Shown: positions 40,301 to 51,775 of the stretch, piece after piece
How positions within the stretch are numbered: position 1 is the first letter of the stretch
Layout of the letters: each line of letters begins with the position of its first letter
Assembly: GCA_000934665.2 (NCBI GenBank)
Contig: KZ538215.1
Coordinates: 62,001-126,000, forward strand
DNA: 64,000 nucleotides
Source: Catajapyx aquilonaris
Taxonomy: Eukaryota
Direction: 5' to 3'
The notes under the pieces: model-generated
The model's input: only the letters and a program-made list of their open reading frames with translations
Databases searched by the model: none
Told to the model about the DNA's origin: nothing
Position numbers and translations under genes: made by a program

Positions 40301-43300
40301 GATGCTTCCAATTCCTCTCCTTCTCTCCAAATGCCCCAAAAATGCTCAATCACACTAATCCTAGTATGCCTATACCCACCCTTGATCCCCTACCCCCCTC
40401 TCATATATCCAGAATATTCCCCCCCTCTGATGTCCAGCCTCCACAAACACGTCGCTTATGCAAGGGGTCAAACGCGCCTCTACGCTGACAAATAATGTGG
40501 TCTCCGGAAAGATTATCTATTCATGCATATAGGGTCAGGGGCTTCGACCAATGATAAAACGAGAGGGATGGGAAATCGTGTATATCTCTTTGGTCAACAG
40601 TGTGGACAGCATGTGCCTGGCAGGTACCATGGGGCGGACTTCCATTAGACCAGGGCATGAAATCCCATATTCACACTGATGATAAATTGTGTAGTGTTGG
40701 ACATTAATCGCGTCATACCGCTAGCGACATTTTCCGATGCGGCAGACGTGCAACGAGCCGTGCGAGTAAGAAATGGTAGGCCTTAGTGACGTCACTAAGG
40801 CCTACCTCTTCTTACTCGCACGGCTCGATTCGCACGTCTGCCGCTTCGGGAAATGTCGCTAGCAGTACTAGCACTGTACATACACTGCCATTGCCCTCGC
40901 TCCAGTTCAGCTTCGGTTATTTGAACTGGTGCAAATGACAACAACCAGGCTCATACCTAAAACGAAGTAATTCATACTGGAAAGGCGATAATATCCGCGT
41001 ATAAAATTGCAATTATTGTCTCCATATGAACTGTGCGCGCAGGGGGAACAAACCGCGTCATAAGCTGCTTAAATAATGCCAACTAGTAAGCGGCTTATTA
41101 CAAACATACGCATCATGACACCCCGATGATCCGGTTGAACTGTCATTCCTTCACATCGTACTATCAGTGAAGCTGGCAGGACATTAGCACCTACTCATTA
41201 TACCGAGACGAACCCTACGGCACTAGTGACCTCACCCTGTACAACAATCCAAAATTCTAAAAATACCCAGCAAAAATTTCGCAACTCGGTTGTTGCACCG
41301 TCTTATCTACACAAACAAATGCACAAATATTTTCAAAAAAAAAAATTACCGTAGATCCCAATGGCCACGTGCTCACAAGCACCACCTTTTTGGAGTGACT
41401 GCCAGAACTATGGTACTGTATGTGGGCGTGGGGGGGGGGGNNNNNNNNNNNNNNNNNNNNNNNNNNNNNNNNNNNNNNNNNNNNNNNNNNNNNNNNNNNN
41501 NNNNNNNNNNNNNNNNNNNNNNNNNNNNNNNNNNNNNNNNNNNNNNNNNNNNNNNNNNNNNNNNNNNNNNNNNNNNNNNNNNNNNNNNNNNNNNNNNNNN
41601 NNNNNNNNNNNNNNNNNNNNNNNNNNNNNNNNNNNNNNNNNNNNNNNNNNNNNNNNNNNNNNNNNNNNNNNNNNNNNNNNNNNNNNNNNNNNNNNNNNNG
41701 GGGGGGGGGGGGGGGACCCACTTCATAAGGCGTAACTAAATAGCATATCCCGTAACGTACTGCCCAAATGACCATTGAGCACAACTGAACTTGGATGACC
41801 TGGGGGGTCACCTACAACCAGTTTCACACCAACATGACGTGGTCAGCTGGTTTTGTGTGCAGTACACATGCATCCTGCACATTTGGGTCAACATCACAGG
41901 GTGCTATTTCAAGTATTGCCAAAAATACACCCCCAGCTGTTGTCCTTCTGTCGCGAGGTCAGTTGACTTTGTTTGACCTTCCCTGGCATGGACGCTTCGA
42001 AGTGTCCAAAATTGAGGAAATAATTTCATACCGGAACCTGCTAATATACAGGGTGTCCAAAACGTCACACCTACCCCCAATTAAAAATTGGGCTATTTTA
42101 TAATCTCCCTTTGCACTTACTTTTTTTTCGCAAATGGCACTACCTGTTTACAGCAACACACGTGTGACAGTCAGGATGGGCAGGACAGATATAAGCCCCT
42201 GGATCAAAGCTGCAGTTCTTTTTGTAACTTTTTCACCCGCAAAAAGCAATCCTGTAATTGACTAGTTGTTACGTCACCAAATCATCTGCTGGCATATGAG
42301 TTAAAGAACCGGACTCAGCCACAAAAAAACAAGTACGGTGGCGTCAGTTACCAAGAATGATTGTGACATGGCAATTGGGATTAATTTTACGATTCACTTA
42401 CACTCTGGTCTTTTTTCCAGTACAAATGCAGACGAGGTGAAATCAAGGGCAGTTTCTATTATCCTCTAACACCAGAGGGGGTATAATAAAGATGTCAAAA
42501 ATCATACACTCAATGGGAGAAACCCACAGATGTCTTTGCAACATCAGTGCTAAGTTACGTTGATCGTAAAAAAATATGTCAAAAATATTTTGGAACGTAT
42601 GTCGATAAAATGAAATAAGTCTTGCTCTCGTATTATTTAAATGGTTTTCCATGTGACAGTGTGTGAGCATATTTCAGGATTGTTGTCTGGCCACTGAATG
42701 CACTAGGAGCATTTGAGAATGTCTATATAATTTTTCTGGCATGTTAGTTTCTGATATATAGCATGTCTGTCAAACTGGTTTTTACCAATATTTCAATTGC
42801 ATAAGATGTTTCCAGTTCCACAATAGCAGATAATTCTATGTACTGTACAAACTGCACTGTAATGTGCTGACTCTTTTATCCTCCTAGTGCATCAACAGAC
42901 AATGCTTGGACCATCAAGGTCATAATTGCCCTTGCACTTCCAGTGTCAGGTACACAAGGCTTCATATGCAAAACAGATGACAGCAAAACAAACAAAACCT
43001 GCTCCTCACATTATGCAGCATAGAACTGCATGCCATTCGGCACAGATCCCATTTCTTGAATAAGGGATTTCCTATGATAACGCTACAATTTCGTAATTTC
43101 TAAGTATAACCTCATTAGAGTACTTCTACATCCAAGTAAGGACTCCAAGCAGCCTATACCTGAATCTGATACTTGTGCAAAAGCTAACTTGGATAAATAT
43201 AAAATCATGTCATGCATTTGCAAAATCAATACAACTCTTGAATAGAAGTAATAAATGCATGATATATTGACATTTGAGAAAACAATGAATGATTGTATTC

Positions 43301-44600
43301 AAAGAATTTTTGCATACAAAGAATGCCCCAAACCTCTGTCACGCACGTGTATTCACATAGCAGACGTGAAAAAGAATGGCATGTTCATAACCAGTGATGT
43401 CCACACTGCTGTGGTAAAAACGCAGAGAATGTTTCGTACCTGCTCGAAGAAGGTCCAAATAGTGACCTAGTCAATGCGGAACAGATATTTATGCCAGACA
43501 CTGTGCGGCCAGTACTTGAAGTTCCTTAACTCAGATGTTCTATTTAACTTGACCTGATTTAGGAAACAAATGGAAGCACATCTGTGTATTATGCTTATTA
43601 TTTGCAATGAGTTCAAGGTCATTTAATGCCAGCAATTCCCCCATAGAGATGAAATATGGCTAATTCTGAGCTAAATTAATTTTGGAAGTTGTTAGCTGTC
43701 AGTATCGTGGGATAAACAGGTCAAGCACCAAGGTGAATCTAAAGTCCACTTGGTTCGACAGTGACAAGGTAGTGATTTATCCCATGGCATGGAATGGCAA
43801 AGGCAGGGCACTAAGCAAGGGGGATTATCGTTCTTGTTATATCCTGGTCTTGTTACCGAATTTCAAAGCAAAATTTAACACATTTTTATAGTTACAAAGT
43901 ACCAACGTTCTATCCACGTATTCTCCATAACAAAATACAGCATTGGGTGTTGGTACTATGCAAACAAGTGACACCAGTTACACATCATTGCACAATCATC
44001 AAACTACCACTTGTTTGGCCTACGTGACAGAGCACACATGCTAAATTCCCTTATTAACAATGCTTTTGATCAGCTTGATCACACTTGATCAGATACTGCA
44101 AAGTGAGGTTAACCCCGGTTGAATAACAGGCAGGACAATGCTAAGACACCAAACTATTTTCATGACAGTCTAGAAAGCGCATGTATGTGAAATGGACAGG
44201 CTCAGTGAAATTCATCTGTTTCATCTGCATAATATCAGTTGCAGATGACCTTCATAAATGACCTCTGAAGGTTCATCCATTAACAGTTAGTTGGTTACCC
44301 AGCTGTCATGATTAAACCAGGCAGTAAGTAGTACCCTGGCATATGGCCAGTTCATTTCCAGTGACACCATAACAAGCCAAAGCGATCACTTGATGTAAAA
44401 TAATTATTTCTGCTAATGCTACACAGATAACACCTAGGCAGGCATCTATTTTGCAACTGCTGTTAATGTGTTGACAATCTTCCCCTGGTATGGCTTCAAC
44501 ATACCATAAAAGTAGGTCAACCATTGTGGCAAGATAAACAATTACTCATAATCATAAACAATGTACCCATTCACACTTACCTTTGCCTTACTAGGGGCAT
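28311..44600 (-). CDS. SLC26 (prestin-like) anion transporter, tandem copy 3; body 28311-31972, inferred first coding mini-exon 44600-44581
   Basis: Same SLC26 motifs ([58 protein letters not shown]); ends ENSTKF. The body is high confidence. The distant exon ATG CCC CTA GTA AGG CAA AG|gtaagt is inferred from a phase match; ATG 31932 (MDSQ) is the alternative start. Confidence 0.85.
33068..33260. mobile_element. Short DNA-transposon relic (CAG...CTG ends)
   Basis: Begins CAGTGGCGTA and ends GACCCCTG; GCCAATTTC is repeated at 33060-33068 and 33260-33268 (7-9 bp TSD depending on boundary). Confidence 0.5.
40718..40865. repeat. ~150 bp near-perfect palindrome (foldback MITE) flanked by TA
   Basis: Spacerless perfect core GGTAGGCCTTAGTGACGTCACTAAGGCCTACC (40775-40806); arms pair out to GCTAGCGACATTT / AAATGTCGCTAGC. 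Confidence 0.85.
41441..41699. other. Assembly gap between poly-G runs
   Basis: Run of N flanked by G homopolymers. Confidence 0.99.
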
Positions 44601-44904
44601 CTTCAGTCTTGTGTGACTAGACGTGTTGGTAATACTGACGTTAATCTCAGCGTTTTGATATAATTCTTTCCATTTCTGAAATAAAGAGAAAAATGTTATT
44701 AGAGGCTACATTACTACATCTCATTTCATGCATGGTGTCAGATATAATTATGTATGAGTAATGAGTAATTCTATGTATGAATGTGATCAATGTAATGTAT
44801 TCTGGGCATGCACATGTCCCTGCACCCTTCAATTGACATTTAAAGTCAACATGTGCTGTTATAATTGGCATTTTATCCTGCTATCTGCTTCCTCTAATTT
44901 TTAT

Positions 44905-45098
44905 TATAGTTAAAGGACATCCAAGAATGCACCTCTGGAACCTGGACTTTTCCAGTTTCTATGGAGATGCCCTCACACAACAATAGGAGTAAGCCGTGCC
45001 AACAAAATAACACTGTCCACTCCTATTGTTGTGTGAGGGCATCTCCATGGAAACTGTAAAGGTTCCAGAGGTGCATTCTTGGACGTCCTTTGACCATA
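44905..45098. repeat. Foldback inverted repeat / MITE (~75-80 bp arms, ~28 nt loop)
   Basis: AAGGACATCCAAGAATGCACCTCTGGAACC...ATGGAGATGCCCTCACACAACAATAGGAGT pairs with ACTCCTATTGTTGTGTGAGGGCATCTCCAT...GGTTCCAGAGGTGCATTCTTGGACGTCCTT; TA at the ends. Confidence 0.85.
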
Positions 45099-45349
45099 CA
45101 CATATTTATCTGGCATTAACGCAACTGATCTCAGACTGATGGGGACGGCCCACTAGTCTGTGTGGTAAGAAGGAAGCGCTATACCTGCTGCGCTCATTTA
45201 TTGCAACAGCATTTCTAGATGAACCTTATTGGTTACCAAGCAAGCATAATGTGACAGCATGTCTTAGCATGCTGCACTTGTGAATGCAGCCTTCTCCGCT
45301 CAACACGCAACCCCTTATTCCCTGGTTCATTCATCCCCCGCTCTTTACC

Positions 45350-46500
45350 TGTGAGGGAACAAGGTGTCAAAGGTCATTAGTTAAAGGTCAAGGCGCTGTT
45401 TATCTCTTCCGCTTGCGTCTGGACATAGTAGCAGCAGTAGTGGGGCAGGTCATCAGACATAGTCATCAGAGAGACGTCACATTTCAGCACCAAAGGGCCC
45501 CTCGTCTCGAATCCACCGCCTGCTCCGCGACCTTCATTCTCCTCCTCCTCTTGAACGAAGGTGGTCCTCCCGGTCCTTTGCTGTTTGGTCCCCCCGCTGT
45601 GTCCTTTTGCCAAAATGTATACCCTCATTTAGCGCGCAATAACAGCGCCCACCCACTCGCACGTGAAGGGTAGACGGAACCTCTGGAGCTCCCCATAAGA
45701 GGCGCCTCTACCCTCCCATTTTCGCAAATTGCCATTTTTGGATTTGGACCAGATTTCGTGTATAGGGAGCCGGTTCGCATTGTAATCATCACATGCTGGG
45801 CAGGGTCTGCGGATGTTCTTGACATGCAGTCGTGACATAAGGCTCGTTATCGGGGGAAGGCTTGGGGGAAGGTCGCCTCTGTTTTCAGATGAATGGTCAA
45901 CATTATGGTGTGTTATGCAACCAGAAGGCGGGAGATCAATATGCTTGGCCAGAACCATGTGCAAAGTCCGTGACGAGTGGGCCAGTGGGGCAAGGCAGGG
46001 TCAAGGTACAGTACGCCCACGCATCAGCCCATTCACCACATACTGACCACATAAGAACTCGGGACGGTAGAGGAAATACGGTATCGGGAGGCGACACAGC
46101 TGCCACCTGCAGGCTACTTGCCAAATAGCAAAATTAATTAATATTCTGAACAATTAATTTAACGAAAATACAGCCGTGTTCATGAGCCTCGAAGGTAGTG
46201 AAGAGCAAATGGTATTGATATGTTATTGTGCTGATCGTCCACTCCAGTGTAGCCAACATCTGTTTTTCCCGCCAATTTCTCTCCCTCCCCCTCCCCCTTC
46301 CCTCCTTCCCGCCAGTTCCATTTCTGGCGCCCTGTAGAACGAGGCAAGAGACGGTGACCCGGGCGAGAATCGACCTCCGGCCTCCTACGTCGTGCCCTGC
46401 CCTTCCCCTGTGCCCACGGTCGGAATAAGGTGCGGGCCATGTTCAACATGGCCAAGAACCTGTCGTCATCCCAGCCCCTCTTCTCTAAGGCCACCAGGTA
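45350..46500. promoter_or_regulatory. GC/CpG-rich putative divergent promoter region
   Basis: Locally GC/CpG-rich; minus-strand donor CACAG|gtaaag at 45349; E2F-type TTTCCCGC (46265-46272) and TTCCCGCC (46306-46313) upstream of the plus-strand ATG at 46548. Confidence 0.45.
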
Positions 46501-46547
46501 ATAACCAGGAATGATCTGATTGATAGAGTTTGATGACCCTTGTGTGG

Positions 46548-49500
46548 ATGAAGCAGAAATATTCATGGAATGTGATGCCTGATGCAGTGCTGACCATGTA
46601 TTATAATTATGTGATGTACTGTTCCTAATTATTCCATTCCCCTTGCAGAAGGAAGGTGAATCAAGCTAGCAGCACTGCTCCATCTGCAGCCCGAAAGAGT
46701 GGTAATTCAGAGCTGGTACTCAACATGCCCAACAGCCCCTCACTGTTGCTGCCATTTCAGAAGGTGGTAGTTGCAGGGCATGACTCCCAGCAGGTAAAAT
46801 GCATCTTTATTGTCAATGCCCCTCTGCGTATCTCTACCATACTCACTCCACAATCAAGTGCCATTTACTGTAATATTAATGAGGATGATTTCTGCCAAAT
46901 ACAGTAAAGCTTAAATATGAAATGCAAAAGTTTACAGCAATAAGTTACACAGTAAGAAGAGGTCATTGACCCCTAGCTAATACACTAAATCATGAACGTT
47001 GAGAAACATTTTATAGTATGGTAGCCTACTCTGATCATAGTACACAGTACCATTTGTTCAGGTTATAGATTGTAGATGATGGACGCTGACAGATAAGTTT
47101 GGCTTCCCAAGTTTGCCCATATATTGCGTATTTGCAAATTTATTGCAAATTTTATTCAGATGGGAAGAATCCAAAGCAAGGAAGGTTACTACCCAGCTAA
47201 TTATGATGATGATAATGATGATGAATTCTTTCACAGTATTTGGAATCATCCCAATTAGAAAGGATGTCTTGGAGCTCACAGCCAAACTCCCAGCCATTAG
47301 GACACTCTCAGAGTTACAGCAGTGATAGTGGCCGCAGCTCTTTGTTGGAGAGAGACAATGAGATCAAGTGAGTGGAAATATCTATGTAAAAACTTCCCTG
47401 GTGCAACATTGCATGAACATTAAGAGTCATAGGGTTTCAAAATAAGGGAGGGCAGGGTAATGGCACTCATGCAGGGAAAAATATGCAACCTGTGATCATT
47501 CATTTACGGTTTTTTCAAGTGAGGCTGCTCAAATAATGAAGTACCACCAAGGTACCACTGAGATAGAAATGACTGGTTGCAGGTTTGGCTTTTCATTGGA
47601 GGGACCAATGCAACATGCCATGAAACATAAATGATTTTCAGTTGTGACACTGATGGTGCATGACAATAATTGTTATGTTGTTATGCACCATATCCCCAAC
47701 CTTTGTATTTTAAATTTACTCTTTTTTTTCATTCATTCATTTACTTGTCTCTAATTATTGAAGGGTTAACTTGCTTTATGAGGAATCAAAAGAATGACTT
47801 AGGGGCCATACACGTACTATGTCATCATCGGAGGGGGGCGGGGAGGGGGGCTTGCTACCTGATGACCAAAGATGCCGAGAGGGGGAGGTGGGGTCCAAGT
47901 TGGGATGAATAAACCAACCAAAAACACTAGGGGTTGNGGGGGGGTTCAAAAATTCCAAAAATGTGATGATGCAATATGTGTACGGCCCCTTATTGATGCA
48001 TCACTCATCATTTCACAAGACCTCATCCATCAGCCACTGGAGCACTGGTCAGATGCTCACAGAGGTGAGGTGGGGGTGGTGGACAGGGGAAGGGATGATA
48101 AAATAATGTTTTAAGCAACAGCCAACACTATTGTTCCTGATCTGACCATCTTCTAGATGACAATCCAGAGCAGGATAGACATTTCACATTCGTAATGGAT
48201 GCCACTTTCTTAAAAAAAAATGTGCTTTTGAAGAACAGGATATACACCAATATTGGATACATGTATACGAAAACTTAGGTTAGAGAATAATACACATTAG
48301 TTTATTTTTCATTACCAAAGTTGTATTATGAAGGGGACAAATGGATGAACAGAAGCATGCTCTCCTTTCCCCATCAATCAGTGACTATTTCTGAGACTAT
48401 TGCAATCCTGTAAATCACTTGCAAACTCTTTCAATGACCTTTTCAGAGTCTTGGAGCAAGGCTTTCAAATCATGCGTAAGGATGAGTTTACATTTAATAC
48501 AGTATTTCCCTTACTCTAACCTGAGATTTGTTTCACCCCTCTGCACAAGGCATTCATCCACATTCAATAGCAGTTAACATTACAATATATTGTGGGAATA
48601 GAGGAGAAATCAAAAAGTAGTTTCAAAGTAATCCAAAACAATGATTTGACATTGCACTTGTTTATATGCTAGTGACGACAGAAATTCCTGGCACTTTATC
48701 AATCTGTAGGGCTAAATGGACTTCACCATGCGATAAAGCAGAAAAAGTAATGCAAGTAGCTCAAAACTGCCAAAATTGGACTTGGTGGCTTTCTCCTCTA
48801 TGGTGACATTATCCTTTTTAAGGGAAGGAGGAACTAAGAAAAATTACTCCACTTGACACTGGATGGCTGGCTTCCCCAAGGTTTACCAGCACCATTGTCA
48901 ACCTGGTTTTATACTGCCATGCAGCTATTTCCATTGTGTCACTTTCCTTTGTAGATCTGTGAGATGATACAGTTGGCTTAATGATTTTTATTTATTAATT
49001 TATTTTTGTCAAATAGCAGACACAAGTCACTTTTGATTTCTCTTTCATGTGGTAATGCATTCTTTATTTCCTTTCAGAGATTTGTGTAAGTCTATGCAAT
49101 CACGAATACAGGAGCTGCCACTATTCTTCAATGAACTGTACAGCAAGCTCTCATCACAACAGACGACACAAGAATTAACTGCAGAGGAAAAGCTTAAAGG
49201 AATTGTTGAATCACTTCAGCAGAGCCTTTGCACTTCATGGAGCAACGCTCTAGATACTTGCACAGCAAAGATAAGTGAAGAGATTGCTCCTATCATGCAG
49301 AAGGTGGAGAGAGAGATGTCTAAGGTATGTACACGTATTTGATGAAACTTTGCATGCCATAAGATTATTTAAAAAATAATCAATGCAGAAAGACGAAGAG
49401 ATTACGGCATTGAAGAGAGAGTTGCAGGAAACCCGTGAAATGGTCGTGAGCGAACTGATTTCTGCAAAAGTCGAGAAGTTGCATGAAAAGATCTCAGGTG

Positions 49501-49936
49501 AGCATGTAAAGTTGCAAGAGATGCTAATAACACTGCAAGGCAAGCTGGAGCAGAACCTGAGGTCAGTTTGCACTGGAGTGTTAGCCAGCTAAGTACAACC
49601 CAGGATGTAAGTAGATCTCAGCAGCATTTTCTACTCTACAGTGAGCAAGAATCCGGAACCAACAATTTGCATGAGGTGATTACAGGACACAACACCGCTG
49701 CAGAAAATCATATGGAGGCCATTCGAGCCACCTTAAATAGAATGGAGTCGGTTTGCCAATCCGTGCCTATGAGCCTGTCTCCAAACCAGGCTTGCAAACT
49801 GAGGGTCACCCCCAAGATGACCCCACCACCGACTCGCCATGCTCATCTGAGTTTATATCGACCCATCTCTATAACAGAAGCACTAGATCTGTCCAAGCCA
49901 GCTCCTGTGGTGCAAGAATGCAGTTCTCCTGTATGA

Positions 49937-49991
<55 letters not shown>

Positions 49992-51263
49992 ATTATGCAG
50001 AACCTTTAGAAAATCTATGCCCCTCTAGAATCAGTAAAATAGTACTATTGGTAAAAATTGGCGAAAGTATTTTCTTGAGTGGATGTATTTATCAAAGCTA
50101 TTCTTTGGATTCATGACTTCCTAAAGAAGAACACAGCTTTTTGCAGGGATTTTTAAAGGCAGAAACCCAGCAGAGCGTCAGGAATAAATTCTGGTGGCAT
50201 ATTAGAACAAAGTAGTATGAGAATGGTCAATGGGGCCGTCCAAACCTTAGCCGCGGCTGGTCGAGGCCGCGACGGTTCACACGGCAACGGCCACGGCTCA
50301 GAAGTCGGCCAAGTTGGCTCGTTGCTTGGCCACAGCTTGGCCTCGGCGACGGATACTGCGCGTCACTTGTTTTTCGTCGCTGCCATGACTACCGGCCACT
50401 ATTACAAATGCGGGTGGCTGTTATTAAAATATGTGCCCGTCTGAACGGGTTCCGTCGCCAGCCGTGGCTCCGCAAGCCGGTGCCGGCCGCGGCTAAGGTC
50501 GGCCCGTCTGGACGGCCCCAATATTTCAAAGGAAAATGCCAATACTATTCACTTTGATTATGTGTGGTAACTTGGGATAAATCAAAAGATAAGCAACATT
50601 CTACATGCCAAGGCAGACAGCTAACATGCTGAGTTAATAAAACTAACCTGGGTGTTTATGTACAGTCGCAAGCATAAAGATGTGGACAGTATACTAGAAG
50701 AGCTCTCGTCTACCATACATATCTTTATGCTCACAACTGGACATTATACCATGGCTGTATTATCGGCCAGATACTTGTAACAAGTCTTCTTCACAAGGGG
50801 AATAAATCATTGACATTAATTCACTTTTCCAGGTGTTTTCAAGTCAAGGAAGGGGTGCTCTGAGAACATGTCGCCTCAAGAGAATGGCTGATGCTCAATA
50901 TGAAGCATCATTAACAGCCTCCCCAGCATCATCAATATCTATAATTGGCCCAAAGAAGCGAGGTCGTGCCAGAAAGTCAGTGAAGCGAGTTCAGCAAAAG
51001 CGAAAGGCAAGTTAATTTTTTTCCCTCAGAGCCAAGGCAATAAGAAATGATTCTGAATTTCAGGCTAAATCTTTCTTACTCAAGAAATGCAAAGTAGAGG
51101 TCTTCACAGTTTCAGATGGAGAGGAAGTGATAGAACCTCGGGTGACTCGAAGCAAAATTAAGTTACTTAAGGTATATTATTACTTTTACTTTACGTGACA
51201 TGATAATTGGATTGTTTTTTCATGCATCTTTTATTTTACTAGGAGGGATCCTCCAAAAAATAA
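46548..51263 (+). CDS. Uncharacterised SQ-rich coiled-coil protein with basic C-terminus (possible IHO1/Mer2-like; tentative)
   Basis: Phase-consistent exons 46548-46597, 46649-46793, 47237-47367 (MKQKYSWNVMPDAVLT...SSQPNSQPLGHSQSYSSDS); coiled-coil exons ~49078-49324 and 49389-49561; exon ~49642-49930; 50833-51006 (KKRGRARK); 51064-51171; 51243-51263 (EGSSKK*). Exons between 47400 and 49050 are unresolved. Confidence 0.7.
47802..47989. mobile_element. PIF/Harbinger-type MITE
   Basis: TIR GGGGCCATACAC / GTGTACGGCCCC with TTA on both sides. Confidence 0.8.
49938..49989. repeat. (TTA)n microsatellite, intronic
   Basis: About 17 tandem ATT/TTA units. Confidence 0.95.
50232..50519. mobile_element. 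GC-rich PIF/Harbinger-type MITE
   Basis: TIR GGGGCCGTCCA / TGGACGGCCCC, subterminal CCTTAGCCGCGGC / GCCGCGGCTAAGG, 3 bp TSD AAT on both sides. Confidence 0.82.
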
Positions 51264-51349
51264 CATGGAAAAAGGATGATACACCATGCTACCGTGTACC
51301 TGCAGTTTTCATTATCATTAATCACTCTAGTTTGTACAATTATGCAATG

Positions 51350-51775
51350 GGATTGCCATGTTGACAGGGTCCAGTTGAGTCTAAATTCTTTTCCAATTCT
51401 GTATTTATTCATGATGCATTTGTTCAGTGTTGTGTTTCATGCATATGAATTGATGTTGAAGAATGTGACACAATTGGTTTTACGCAATTCCAATTTCTCC
51501 TCTAGTCACAATACGTTTGTTCACTCAGGTATTTTGTTTCATGTTTTTGAGTTTAGGTTGACTAATGTGACACGATTGATCTGAATGATTTTCCCAATTC
51601 CTTATTTATTCATAGTACTATATTTTAATTTTGTTATATTGTTCTTGAGTTCACATTGACAAATGTGCCACAATTGATCTAATTGATTTTCCTAATTTAT
51701 TTATTCACAGTACCAGGTGTTTTTTGTTGTTGTTTCAATGTTCTTGAGTTCACGTTGACTAATGTGACATATTTC
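51350..51775 (+). repeat. Diverged ~99 bp tandem repeat (about 4 units) in the presumptive 3' UTR
   Basis: GTTGA(C)nAATGTGACA...ATTGATCT...TTTATTCA-like blocks recur near 51360, 51455, 51557, 51656 and 51755. Confidence 0.7.

Noticed and set aside
41257..41811. ORFs spanning the N run
   Set aside because: Artefacts of the assembly gap.
45343..45380. Recursive splice site (pyrimidine tract + CAG|GTAAAG, minus strand)
   Set aside because: More simply an ordinary donor of a 5' exon; there is no evidence of a long upstream intron.
49753..50028. Poly-Leu membrane protein ORF
   Set aside because: Translation of the (TTA)n microsatellite.
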